Counted from the first letter of the stretch, positions 10,018 to 19,722 are shown. The stretch: DNA of 64,000 nt from Minisyncoccota bacterium (GCA_041662525.1 JBAZSF010000003.1:14187-78186), one strand, 5' to 3'. A program made the numbers and translations. The notes: generated from the sequence alone by a model not told the origin.

Positions 10018-10263
10018 ATGGAAGTAATTAAAGTAAACATCAGACTCATCGAAGGTAACGTTGCTAGAATCTATGGTCGTAATCTTTTTAGATATAAAGC
10101 AGAAATTATTAGATGTATTAAAGGGTTCTATTATCGAGCCAATGGAGTAATTATAAAAATAACACCGCTTGAAGCTAAGCACGTTATAAGAAATCCACGT
10201 CTTTATTTTTTTTCTACTGCCTTAAAGTTACATATTTTGACTCAAAGGAAAAACTCAAAATAA
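10018..10263 (+). CDS. Small basic hypothetical protein downstream of riboswitch B
   Basis: 81-aa ORF immediately after the riboswitch platform. Confidence 0.6.
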   Translation: MEVIKVNIRLIEGNVARIYGRNLFRYKAEIIRCIKGFYYRANGVIIKITPLEAKHVIRNPRLYFFSTALKLHILTQRKNSK

Positions 10264-10310
10264 GTTAACAAAAAGTCGAAATATTGTTATAGTGTATTTA
10301 CAAATGAATA

Positions 10311-10490
10311 GGCGACCTAACCCCTAGAGATTTCTTTAGAGCACGGTCAAAAGACCCTTGGAAGATACTGAACCCCACGTTCAGCACTCTTCCAAGGGCT
10401 ATACAGGGAAACTTGTATAGGGTCGCAAGACCTAGCTGGCGTGGGGTTCTGTGTTTATACCACGCTAGCGATTATCAGCTAGCTTTTTTA
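10311..10490 (+). ncRNA. Unassigned structured RNA / attenuator-like leader
   Basis: GC-rich run of hairpins, mutually exclusive pairings and a terminal hairpin + U run; TGtTATAGT upstream at 10285-10293. Confidence 0.55.
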
Positions 10491-10493
10491 TTT

Positions 10494-10730
10494 ATGAAAA
10501 AATTAAACGAATATAAATATATAATTTTGATTGTCTTAATTATATTGGGTTTCTCTTTCTATTGGTATTCTTACAAACCCCAACAGATAAGAAAAGGTTG
10601 TGATAGTCAAGCATTTTTTGATGCTGGAAAAACTTTAGGAATTGATGAATCCCTTAATGAATCTCAATGGCAAGATAGAAAAGAAAAATTATATAAAGAT
10701 TGTTTAAGATATGAAGGTCTTGATTACTAA
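10494..10730 (+). CDS. Small single-TM protein with two Cys
   Basis: ATG 10494 MKKLNEYKYIILIVLIILGFSFYWY...C...C; the upstream ORF extension runs through the structured RNA. Confidence 0.65.
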   Translation: MKKLNEYKYIILIVLIILGFSFYWYSYKPQQIRKGCDSQAFFDAGKTLGIDESLNESQWQDRKEKLYKDCLRYEGLDY

Positions 10731-10931
10731 TAAAAACAAATCCTACTGAAGCAGAAAGTAAATATAGAGATATTTATAATCGTTCAGGGTTAGCTTCAAT
10801 GATTGGAAGTTTCAAGGCAAGAACAAGTTACAAACTTACACCACTTATTAAAGGTATAGACTCTGTTAAATCAGCAATTGCACTTTATTGCAACTAAAGA
10901 CCTAAGGTGGGATTTTCAAGAATTCTCAAAT

Positions 10932-11921
10932 TCATAGTCCACCAATAACAGATATCCCTGACCTTCCTGACCTTTGGCAGTCATAACACATACCGTTATC
11001 AATAAATACTGAAGTTGGACTATGAATGTAAGAGTTACCGCAACTTATGCATTTTCTTGCACTTACATAAGCAATATTTTGTGAACCTAATCCAGAAAAC
11101 ATATTGCTAATAGGAGATGTTTCCGAAGAAATTACATAAGTCAAACCTGATTTTGGGGGTATGCTACGAATAACAGTGGGCGGACTATAAACACTATCAG
11201 CACTATGCCATACAATGTTACCAAATTTGTTTTCTTGCTCAATAATCTTATCACTTATAATTTTTTTCTTTTCAATTGTATTGATAAACTCACCTAAAGA
11301 TGTGTAAAGAACAATACTTTTACCAGTGTGGTCTTCCCACTCTTTTTTAAGTAGTTTTTTTATTACCTGTTGTCCTTTTTCTACATCAGAATAGTCTGAA
11401 TCTTTAGCAATAATGGTAAGCTTTTCTTTTTTTATGCCCACCTTTAAAGTTTCCCATATTATTGCATCACCCTTCTTACTATCTTTCTTTGGCGGAAGAT
11501 TTTTAAAAAATCTTTTTTCTGCATTATCTAAAATTTCATCATTATCTTCAATAAAAGTTGCCAATAAAAATAATTCCTCAAAAATTTTTTCTAATTCAGC
11601 AATATTCAACTCAAAACTCTTAAAGCGTTCTTTTGTCAATTCTTTTAGTTCTTTATTTATTGATTCAATTTTTGAGATGATTTGTTTGCTGTCTTTACTC
11701 AAGCCATCTGGCACTGAAATTTGAATTTCTTGGGAAACTTTTTCTCTTTCTTCTTCAATCTTCCTAGTAGAATGTTTTAAATACTCCTGATGCATTTGCC
11801 TAGGAACAACTAAATCAATCTTCTTCTCCTTTATTAGATTTTTCAGTTTCTTGAAAGAATCTAAGTCAGTTTTAGAACTTAAATAGTATATCCATATATT
11901 GGTATCTATAAACAATTTCAT
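10932..11921 (-). CDS. PIN-domain protein (DUF4935-like) with C-terminal CxxC...CxxC
   Basis: N-terminal LFIDTNIW, GDAIIWETL, acidic DSDY. Confidence 0.8.
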   Translation of the reverse strand: MKLFIDTNIWIYYLSSKTDLDSFKKLKNLIKEKKIDLVVPRQMHQEYLKHSTRKIEEEREKVSQEIQISVPDGLSKDSKQIISKIESINKELKELTKERFKSFELNIAELEKIFEELFLLATFIEDNDEILDNAEKRFFKNLPPKKDSKKGDAIIWETLKVGIKKEKLTIIAKDSDYSDVEKGQQVIKKLLKKEWEDHTGKSIVLYTSLGEFINTIEKKKIISDKIIEQENKFGNIVWHSADSVYSPPTVIRSIPPKSGLTYVISSETSPISNMFSGLGSQNIAYVSARKCISCGNSYIHSPTSVFIDNGMCYDCQRSGRSGISVIGGL

Positions 11922-12050
11922 TGTGGTTTAATTTTACTCTTTACGCCCTAGATAGCAAATAGTTGTTTAATTATTACCTATGGTTATATTTATGATATAA
12001 GGAATAATATTAACTAATTGTTCCATATTTTCTTTAAAATTCTTCCTAGA

Positions 12051-13169
12051 TTATTTTTTTATTTTATCAGGATTATGCCAACGAAAAGCTCTTCTAAAAC
12101 CAGCGTCCTCAGCTTCTCTTACAGTTACACAATAAAACTCACCTTTATGTTTTTCTATTTTTACATTATCATATTGCTGGTCAAATGGTAGATGATAAAT
12201 CTTTTCTCTATTCACTGTAGAAATATTACACTTTATTGAAGGATATTCATTTTGCATTTTAAAATTTTCTTTCAAATCAATCCTTAGTTCATTGGCAAAT
12301 CTTCTGGCTAAATCAGACAGCTTAGTAGCTGTATAAAATATTGCCTGCACTTTTTTCTCTGGATTTTCATCTTTATATTGAAAAACTGTTCCAAAAAACT
12401 GGAAGATATGTTTTTCATAAATAGTTTTAAATTGAGACCAATTTTTACATTGAATAACTATAAAATCGTTTCCTTTTTGACAAATTAAGTCACGCCCTAA
12501 GTCTTCGTATCCTTTAAAAATTCCAACATATTCGACATCGTAACCTTCTTGCTCAAAAAGATAACCTACATATCTTTCGTAAATTCTTCCAATAAGCCAT
12601 TTGGATTTGGGTCTTTTCCAGTATCTATCCAAAGCCATCTGATTTCTCTCCACGCTAGGCAACTTTCTATATTCTTCTTTTGTTAAATATTTCGTTGTCT
12701 CATCTTGTAATTCTTCTTCAGAATATTCTTTATAAAGTTCCTTTTCCTGCTCAGTAGCAATATCGAGCTCCTCTTTAAAATCAATTAGAAATGGAGCTAA
12801 ATTTTCATAATATTCTATGATGTATTGAGCAATCTTTTTCTCTTTCTCCGCTTTACGTCTCAATAATGACTGTTGTTTAACAATTTCCGCACTGGATAAC
12901 GCTTGGTGTTTCTTTGTGCTTAAATAATATACAATCTCATTTTCTTGTAAAGTAAAAAGTTCATCATAAGCTTTTGCAAGCCAAGGAAAACCTATTTGTC
13001 TCTCCTTTGCCATCTGAATAACCCCCTCTTCTAAGGTTTTATACCAAGAAATTTTTGAATCTAAAATTTTTGTTTCTTCTCCTGCTTCACTAAAAAATGA
13101 AGCCCTTTCACTTCTAATTATAAAGAGGAGGTCTTCTAACTCTTTTTTTTTATCTTCGTAATATCCCAT
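12051..13169 (-). CDS. Mrr-like PD-(D/E)xK restriction endonuclease with C-terminal accessory domain
   Basis: GRIYERYV...GYDV...DLGRDLI...IQCK; C-terminal IKCNIS..EKIYH...EAEDAGFRRA. Confidence 0.8.
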   Translation of the reverse strand: MGYYEDKKKELEDLLFIIRSERASFFSEAGEETKILDSKISWYKTLEEGVIQMAKERQIGFPWLAKAYDELFTLQENEIVYYLSTKKHQALSSAEIVKQQSLLRRKAEKEKKIAQYIIEYYENLAPFLIDFKEELDIATEQEKELYKEYSEEELQDETTKYLTKEEYRKLPSVERNQMALDRYWKRPKSKWLIGRIYERYVGYLFEQEGYDVEYVGIFKGYEDLGRDLICQKGNDFIVIQCKNWSQFKTIYEKHIFQFFGTVFQYKDENPEKKVQAIFYTATKLSDLARRFANELRIDLKENFKMQNEYPSIKCNISTVNREKIYHLPFDQQYDNVKIEKHKGEFYCVTVREAEDAGFRRAFRWHNPDKIKK

Positions 13170-13171
13170 AG

Positions 13172-13543
13172 CTATTTACTATTTTTTGTAAAGCGACATT
13201 TCGGATAATTTTTACATCCCCAAAAATAACCATAGCTACCCTTTTTTTTGATTAATTTTCCACCACACAACTGACAGCTTGAAAGAGAAAATCTTTTTTT
13301 AATCTTTGGTAAAACTTTAGTTACTTTAATAAAATTTAAAATAGGGCGTATCCCGTCTATCTTACTTAATTGTAAAATTTTTCTTATAGATAATATTTCT
13401 TCTTTTTCTTTTAAGAAATCAAACTCACCATCCAAAATTTCGTGGGCAAGCTGATTTCTAACTTTTTGTCTATGTTTTTCAACAATTTCTGAAATTGCCC
13501 AAAAAATTCCTATTAAAATTAAAATTAAAATAATTATTTCCAT
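13172..13543 (-). CDS. TM protein with topoisomerase C4 zinc finger
   Basis: N-terminal TM; CQLCGGKL...G.FWGCKNYPKCRFT. Confidence 0.8.
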   Translation of the reverse strand: MEIIILILILIGIFWAISEIVEKHRQKVRNQLAHEILDGEFDFLKEKEEILSIRKILQLSKIDGIRPILNFIKVTKVLPKIKKRFSLSSCQLCGGKLIKKKGSYGYFWGCKNYPKCRFTKNSK

Positions 13544-13728
13544 AAATTTATTATATCATTTACTCTCTTAGTTCTATACCACAGAAAGATATGTTAACAA
13601 ATAAATAATTACCATTAGATTATTAAAATATCCTTATTTTTATGTATTTTAGTTTTTTTAAGTTGCTAAGGTGGCAAAAGCTAAAATTATAGTATTGTTG
13701 GGTCTTTCGTGTTAGAGTAAAAAATAAT

Positions 13729-16053
13729 ATGGCAGTTACTAGCGTTGTAACTAAATACAAACCTCTCAAAATAGGGTTCTTGGTTCGAGAGGGAGAGTTG
13801 GAGGATATACTTGAGGTTGCAAGGGTAAATTCCTTTCTAGTTGGAGGAACTCATAATCTTATTATCCCAATAAGTGAAAGCAATAATGAAGAAATTATCA
13901 AAATAATAGTAAACTCAGACATAGATATTTTACATCCTATTACCACAACACCTGCGTTAGGTGAAATATTAAAAAATCTTCCTTATTTTAAGACTCCCCA
14001 TAATTTTTTAAACGAGATGTGGGAAGAAGATTGGCGGGCTGAGAAAAAGAATGAATTTAAATACCTTGATGTATTCCATACAATCAAGCTAAAGAATGAA
14101 AAATATTTTCGTGGAACCCCAAAAAAAGAAAAAAGTGACGTAGCATATATAAGTTGGGAGGAAGAAGATATGCTGAAAAATTGGCTCCTCTTATCTTTTG
14201 GAACATTTAAGTCGAATTATAATTTAAAAAAATCATTCGAAAAGGGGTTCGTGAATGGCTTAAGAGCAATCGATGTCAAAATTCTCCCACAGGCAAACAT
14301 ACCACAAATTATTTCCAAGAAAATAACGCCAAGAGTTTTATCTACTATTGATTTAAAAAGTTATGGAAATGTTGGTCTCAATGCTGGTATTTACATAGGT
14401 GATGAGAATAATTTTGATGACCTTGCAACTTTCTGGAATTTAAGAGCAATTGGAACTAGATTAATATTTTGTCCAATTTTAAACTATGAAAGAGCAAAAG
14501 ATTACCTTCAAGCTGAAATAACAGCTATGACACAAGGAGATGATGGCACTATTTTCAATGCTAGTATTTATTACTTATCAAGTAGGAGTAAAGAAGAAAT
14601 TGAACCCTTTCAAAAATTATTTACTGTATCCAGACCTTTGGCACTAAGACCTATTTCAAAAGACATCCTTTTTAGTTACTTCGATGACCTTCCAAGGGAT
14701 TATTTAAATTGGGAATTTTCACAAACTATCGTAGAAAATGAGGATGGTAATATTATGGCTACTGTTAACTTACCTGAAAAGAAATTCGTATTTGACGATT
14801 CTGATGATATGCATACTCAGAAACAGTCGTTCGGGGTATTCATAGACGAACTTGGTAAGATTGGCTCAGGCTATTTTTTAAATCCTCCAGACATTAAATC
14901 TTTGAACGAATTTTATAGCAGAGAGATGTGCTTTGACCCTTGGAAAATTCGTGTTGGGAAAGAAGGTGTAACAGCGATAATTGATACAGAAGAGAAATAT
15001 ATAAAATTGAGACCCCTAGAACAAGGGCTTATCATTCAAAAATTATTCGAAGACCTCGGAGTTTATAATAAGTTAAGTCAGGCAGGGCTACTTTCCCAAA
15101 AAATTATAAACAAATTATCTTCAATAGAAGGTGCAAGAGTTTTCAAAATTGGCGGAGTTCGAGAATTGTTTGAAAAATTGTCATCAACAACTTCTCTGCC
15201 AAACTCGACAATATTAGATATTATTAAGCAAAAAAATAATGGGATAGAAGGATTTGAAAAGCATAAAAATCTTTTTATAGAGTCTAGAGAAGAGAAACAA
15301 CTGAAACCACGAATGGTCTTTGATTTCTTATTAAAGATGGGATTCTTGAGAGCGGGTCTTGAGTTATATTGCAAAAGTTGTAATTTGAAAAACTGGCTTA
15401 ATTTAAAAGCAATTGATGATAATTGGGAATGCGAATACTGTGGTAATAAAAACCTGACATCTATCGACCTTACTAATAGAGGTGATTGGAGATTTAGAAA
15501 AAGCGGGTTATTTGCAAAAGACAACAATCAAGAAGGCTCTATACCTGTAATTTTAACACTCCTTTACTTTCAAAGAATTATTTCAGATAGTTTTTTGTCA
15601 TCGCCGTCACTCAATTTAAATTTTGATAAAAAAGAGGTGGAGACAGATTTTTGCGTTGTTCAATATAAACAACGCCGAGGTAATAAAATTGAGGTGGCTA
15701 TAGGAGAATGTAAAAGTGCAGGCGGAACAGTAACACAAGGAGACTGCGATAATTTAAAAAATGTTGCCAATAAACTACGGGAAAAGAATTATGACGTATA
15801 TATAACATTTACAAAAACCGCAGACGAATTTTTGCCTGAAGAAATAGAGTTATTTAAAAAACTTAATGCTGAAAAATATAAGTTGATTGTCCTTACTAAT
15901 AAAGAGATTGAACCTTATCATCCTTACTGGGAAGCCGATGACAAAGAAAAATTACCAACCAAATCTGTTATTAATCTACAAGATGCTCACATAAATAGTG
16001 TTTACAGATATCTACGAGATTTTAAAGAGCAACCTGAGAATACATACAACTAA
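13729..16053 (+). CDS. Large hypothetical protein with zinc ribbon and C-terminal PD-(D/E)xK-like nuclease
   Basis: CKSC...CEYC; ETDFCVV...IGECKS. Confidence 0.7.
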   Translation: MAVTSVVTKYKPLKIGFLVREGELEDILEVARVNSFLVGGTHNLIIPISESNNEEIIKIIVNSDIDILHPITTTPALGEILKNLPYFKTPHNFLNEMWEEDWRAEKKNEFKYLDVFHTIKLKNEKYFRGTPKKEKSDVAYISWEEEDMLKNWLLLSFGTFKSNYNLKKSFEKGFVNGLRAIDVKILPQANIPQIISKKITPRVLSTIDLKSYGNVGLNAGIYIGDENNFDDLATFWNLRAIGTRLIFCPILNYERAKDYLQAEITAMTQGDDGTIFNASIYYLSSRSKEEIEPFQKLFTVSRPLALRPISKDILFSYFDDLPRDYLNWEFSQTIVENEDGNIMATVNLPEKKFVFDDSDDMHTQKQSFGVFIDELGKIGSGYFLNPPDIKSLNEFYSREMCFDPWKIRVGKEGVTAIIDTEEKYIKLRPLEQGLIIQKLFEDLGVYNKLSQAGLLSQKIINKLSSIEGARVFKIGGVRELFEKLSSTTSLPNSTILDIIKQKNNGIEGFEKHKNLFIESREEKQLKPRMVFDFLLKMGFLRAGLELYCKSCNLKNWLNLKAIDDNWECEYCGNKNLTSIDLTNRGDWRFRKSGLFAKDNNQEGSIPVILTLLYFQRIISDSFLSSPSLNLNFDKKEVETDFCVVQYKQRRGNKIEVAIGECKSAGGTVTQGDCDNLKNVANKLREKNYDVYITFTKTADEFLPEEIELFKKLNAEKYKLIVLTNKEIEPYHPYWEADDKEKLPTKSVINLQDAHINSVYRYLRDFKEQPENTYN

Positions 16054-16094
16054 ATCTCTCATAATGTAATATATTACAAATTAAGAATTAAAAA

Positions 16095-16571
16095 ATGAGT
16101 GTGGATTCAGAAGAAAAATTAGAAAATGGAAATTGTGCGGGATGGATTGTTTTAATCTTTCTAATTCTAATTTTTTCTTTTAATGGAGATAAAAGAGAGG
16201 AAAAAAGGAAATATGTAGGGATAGATGAAGAAACTAAAAAAGAAAATACACTTGACCGTGATGAAGCTATTTTAGACTATTGGTATGAAATTAAAGATTA
16301 TGTAAATGGCACAGTAATGGTAAATGCTTGTTCATCTGGAAGTGGTGGTTGTTATGATTTAGATGCTGATATATCAGGTGGAGTGATAGATGAATTATAT
16401 TTTGATAACGGTGGCTATCTTTATTTTTCTGCTGATATAGAAGACGATGGTTCTGCTTCGGATTATGACCAAAATGGTAATAATTGGGATTTTTACATTA
16501 ATATGGATTCTTCTATTGTTAATAATGCAATTGATGATTGGGCTAGTGATAATGATTACACTGTATATTAA
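16095..16571 (+). CDS. Acidic membrane-anchored hypothetical protein
   Basis: 158-aa ORF with N-terminal TM, D/Y-rich. Confidence 0.65.
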   Translation: MSVDSEEKLENGNCAGWIVLIFLILIFSFNGDKREEKRKYVGIDEETKKENTLDRDEAILDYWYEIKDYVNGTVMVNACSSGSGGCYDLDADISGGVIDELYFDNGGYLYFSADIEDDGSASDYDQNGNNWDFYINMDSSIVNNAIDDWASDNDYTVY

Positions 16572-16893
16572 TATCTAGTTCTAATCCTTAGTAGTAGTTG
16601 CTTTTACTCCCCTTTATTGCAATATCTACATTACATCTCTATAATTACTAGAGTTTAAATTATTAATTAACTTTATTCTTTGGCTTCTTTTAGAATAGCA
16701 ACTAGATACTCACACTCTCTGGCAAACCTGTTCCAAAAAATAAAGTCTAAGTCCACAGAAAGAAACTTGGTCGAAATTTTTTTGAGTAAAAATATTTATT
16801 AAAATTGACGAAAGGCAGGTTAGCATATTGCTTGACCTGCCTTTTTTTTGATTCGGGAAAACAAATTGGCTATTTGCTCCCGTTAGGACCTGA

Positions 16894-17190
16894 TTAAATA
16901 TGAAGGGCCAAGTTGGCCTCAAGGAACTCCTCGTATGTCGTAGAATTCCCTCCAACACCTGTGTATCTTATGTCATGACTATAACGAGCCGGGTAAAGAA
17001 GTGCTGATTTGGGGATTAATCCTTTTTCCTTTTTCAGCAATGAATCCTCACTATGGACCCATGCTCTTTCTATGCCGAGTTTATTGTGATTGCTACTGTG
17101 TCGGACAAAACGTCGTCCGGACCTGCTCAAAAAACGACTGCTTTTTTGTGAATCTTGGACGACGTAACCTGCGGTCAATTTCTTTTCCAT
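16894..17190 (-). CDS. Hypothetical protein
   Basis: GGAG-like RBS upstream; hairpin terminator at ~16812-16848 downstream. Confidence 0.5.
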   Translation of the reverse strand: MEKKLTAGYVVQDSQKSSRFLSRSGRRFVRHSSNHNKLGIERAWVHSEDSLLKKEKGLIPKSALLYPARYSHDIRYTGVGGNSTTYEEFLEANLALHI

Positions 17191-17468
17191 TGGCGTCTCC
17201 TTTTTCTTCTTAAAATTGTTTTTAGTTTAGGAACAAATAGCCAAAAATACTTTACTATAAAAATGTAATGTTGTAAATAGTTTGACAAATTTACTGAAAA
17301 TTGTAGATTAAGCTTAGAGTTAGGAAAAAATGATAAATTTGGTTTTTTGAAATCAAAAATAAAACAAAGGAGGTGTGCCAATATGACCACTTAGTTGAAG
17401 TTAGGGTAATATTTCCCAGTTGGGAAATAAATCTTTTGTAGTTAAATCTTTTTAAAAAGGAGGCAGAT

Positions 17469-17801
17469 ATGGAGCATAGTATTTTATTTAAAGGTAAAGA
17501 GATTGCACTTGACGAAGATGGCCATCTTAGGGACCCTAATGATTGGAGCACTGATTTGGCTGAATATTTTGCCAGTAATGATGAGATTAAACTGGCCGAG
17601 AATCACTGGGAGATTATCAATCTCGTCAGAGAGTATTACAAACATTATCAGATTTCGCCTGGGATTAAGATGCTGTTAAGGCATGTTTACGAAGTACTCG
17701 GGCCTGAAAAGGGGAATGCAAAATACATGTATGATCTTTTCCCAAATGGTCCATCTAAGATGACGTGTCTCTATGCAGGAGTTCCACGCTACCGTGGTTG
17801 A
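17469..17801 (+). CDS. DsrC/TusE-family sulfur relay protein (CysB present; TGA at the CysA position)
   Basis: LDEDGHL.DP.DW...HWEII...R.YY...LFP.GP; AGGAGG RBS. Confidence 0.9.
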   Translation: MEHSILFKGKEIALDEDGHLRDPNDWSTDLAEYFASNDEIKLAENHWEIINLVREYYKHYQISPGIKMLLRHVYEVLGPEKGNAKYMYDLFPNGPSKMTCLYAGVPRYRG

Positions 17802-17854
17802 TAAGAAACAAATGCCTCTAAGTTTTAGGGGCTGGGTATCATCGATAGTCTAGG

Positions 17855-17885
17855 GGGCAGTCTTCAAGACTGCCCTTTTTTATTT
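17855..17885 (+). terminator. Intrinsic terminator
   Basis: GGGCAGTC TTCAA GACTGCCC + T run. Confidence 0.75.
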
Positions 17886-17952
17886 TTTAAAATACTTAAA
17901 CTCCCCATACACACGTCTTTGAATTACTCTATTTAGTGTTATAATTAAATGT

Positions 17953-19182
17953 ATGGCAAAAAATAAAAAAATAATCTTTCTTTTTCTTTTGGTGGCTATC
18001 ACTATTGGAGCTGTCTGGTTTTTCTTTTTTTACCAAAAAAATCTGCGTGGTGTTGGTCCGGCTATTATCCCACCCAAGGATGATATTACTAAGCTTATTA
18101 ATACTACCGGTATGCCACTTAAACTACCCGAGGGTTTTGCTATTTCTATTTTTGCCAAAGACCTCGGTAGTCCCCGAGTAATGGCCTACGACCCATACGG
18201 TAACTTGCTAGTGAGTATCCCATCAGAAGGCAAAGTAGTGGCACTAGGATTTAAAGAAAACGGCACGGCAAAGGATCCCGTTACTGTGGCAGAAGGATTA
18301 AACTATCCACACGGATTGGCTTTTCGTTGCACGGACAACTGCAAACTTTACATCGCCGAGTCTGACCAAGTAGCCACTTACGATTATTCTACTGATCTTA
18401 AAGCGATTAATAAACAAAAAATAATAGACTTGCCCGATGGAGGCAACCACAAAAGCAGAACTATTATGTTTATGCCCTCTCCGAACGAAAACAAACTTTT
18501 AATTTCCGTTGGCTCTTCGTGCAATGTATGCAATGAAAATGACGATCGTCGCGCAAAAATTTTAATTGCCAATTACGACGGCGCAGATTTAAAAACTTTT
18601 GCCAAAGGTTTGCGCAACTCTGTGTTTATGGCCATACATCCAGTTGATGGAAAAATCTGGGCCACCGACATGGGCCGAGATTTACTCGGAGACAATATTC
18701 CGCCAGACGAAATAAATATTATAGAAAAAAATAACTCTTCGACTAACTCAGAGCCACGGAACTACGGCTGGCCGATTTGTTACGGCAAAAATATTCACGA
18801 TAATAATTTTGATAAAAATATTTATATTCGCAATCCATGTATGGAGCCGTTTGAGACCCCTTCTCATATAGACATCCCTGCCCACTCCGCACCACTCGGT
18901 CTAGCTTTTGTGCCCGAAGAAGGATGGCCGGAGGATTATTGGTATAACGCTCTAGTGGCTTACCATGGTTCGTGGAACAGGAGCGTGCCGACCGGCTATA
19001 AAATAGTACGTTACAAGCTAGACGCGAAGGGTAAATATCTTGGTGAAGAAGATTTTATTACTGGCTGGTTGCAAAACGATTCAGCACTTGGCAGGCCTGT
19101 TGATATTTTAATTCAACCCGGAGGAACTATTCTTATCTCCGACGATAAGGCAGGCGTAATTTACAAAGTTACTCGCAAATAA
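17953..19182 (+). CDS. PQQ-dependent sugar/sorbosone dehydrogenase family protein
   Basis: GLRN, PPDEIN, NYGWP, AHSAPLGL, HGSWNR, GRPVD motifs. Confidence 0.9.
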   Translation: MAKNKKIIFLFLLVAITIGAVWFFFFYQKNLRGVGPAIIPPKDDITKLINTTGMPLKLPEGFAISIFAKDLGSPRVMAYDPYGNLLVSIPSEGKVVALGFKENGTAKDPVTVAEGLNYPHGLAFRCTDNCKLYIAESDQVATYDYSTDLKAINKQKIIDLPDGGNHKSRTIMFMPSPNENKLLISVGSSCNVCNENDDRRAKILIANYDGADLKTFAKGLRNSVFMAIHPVDGKIWATDMGRDLLGDNIPPDEINIIEKNNSSTNSEPRNYGWPICYGKNIHDNNFDKNIYIRNPCMEPFETPSHIDIPAHSAPLGLAFVPEEGWPEDYWYNALVAYHGSWNRSVPTGYKIVRYKLDAKGKYLGEEDFITGWLQNDSALGRPVDILIQPGGTILISDDKAGVIYKVTRK

Positions 19183-19369
19183 TATTTATCATAAATTTAA
19201 AAACAAAAAAACACCTTGCGGTGTTTTTTTGCGGCACTTATGTTGTTTACGATTAATGTAAGATAAAACCTTACACTCACACAAAAAGTATAACATACTT
19301 GCAAAAAAAATGCAATACTTCGTTAAAAATAGAAAAATCCTCTCGTTAGAGAGGATTTTTCATGTTTTT

Positions 19370-19667
19370 GGTCTTGCATCTATAAGCCGAATTTTGTAAT
19401 CCAACCGAAGTCAGATGAAAGTAATTTATCTAGGTACCGCATTGCTGCGAGACTCAAGCGATTCTCTCTAGCCGAAGCTAAAGCACGATCTTGCACACAC
19501 GTAAGTATTTTGCCGTTTCACCCGAACTAAATCGGTTCGTCACTGTTCGCAACTCTATCCTTGCGGACGACGGGCGTTACCCGCTACGCTTTCCCAACAC
19601 TAGGCTGGAATGTGTGTTCGGACTTTCCTCCCCGACATAAGCCGGAGTAACTATCAAACGCAGGACC
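19370..19667 (-). ncRNA. rnpB: RNase P RNA (short form)
   Basis: GAGGAAAGTCC near the 5' end, ACAAAATTCGGCTTA near the 3' end, P1 GGTCCTGCGTTT/AGATGCAAGACC. Confidence 0.92.
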
Positions 19668-19722
19668 AAATTTAATTGTAATACAAAATTCAAAAAAGTA
19701 AAGGTAATCGTAATATTATTTC

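Larger units (their letters stand above)
7767..16571. mobile_element. Putative integrative island adjacent to tRNA-Ala (right boundary uncertain)
   Basis: recombinase abutting a tRNA, followed by nuclease/hypothetical cargo; no att duplication found. Confidence 0.6.

Noticed and set aside
10413-10493. N-terminal extension of the 105-aa ORF
   Set aside because: Runs through the structured RNA and terminator; ATG 10494 gives a normal TM-protein start.
16572-17460. attR copy of tRNA-Ala marking the island's right end
   Set aside because: No convincing repeat of the tRNA-Ala 3' sequence found by eye; boundary left undefined.
17799-17801. Genome-wide UGA=Gly recoding (genetic code 25)
   Set aside because: Long conserved genes are uninterrupted under code 11, and several end at TGA (e.g. 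mreC, khpA, rnr).
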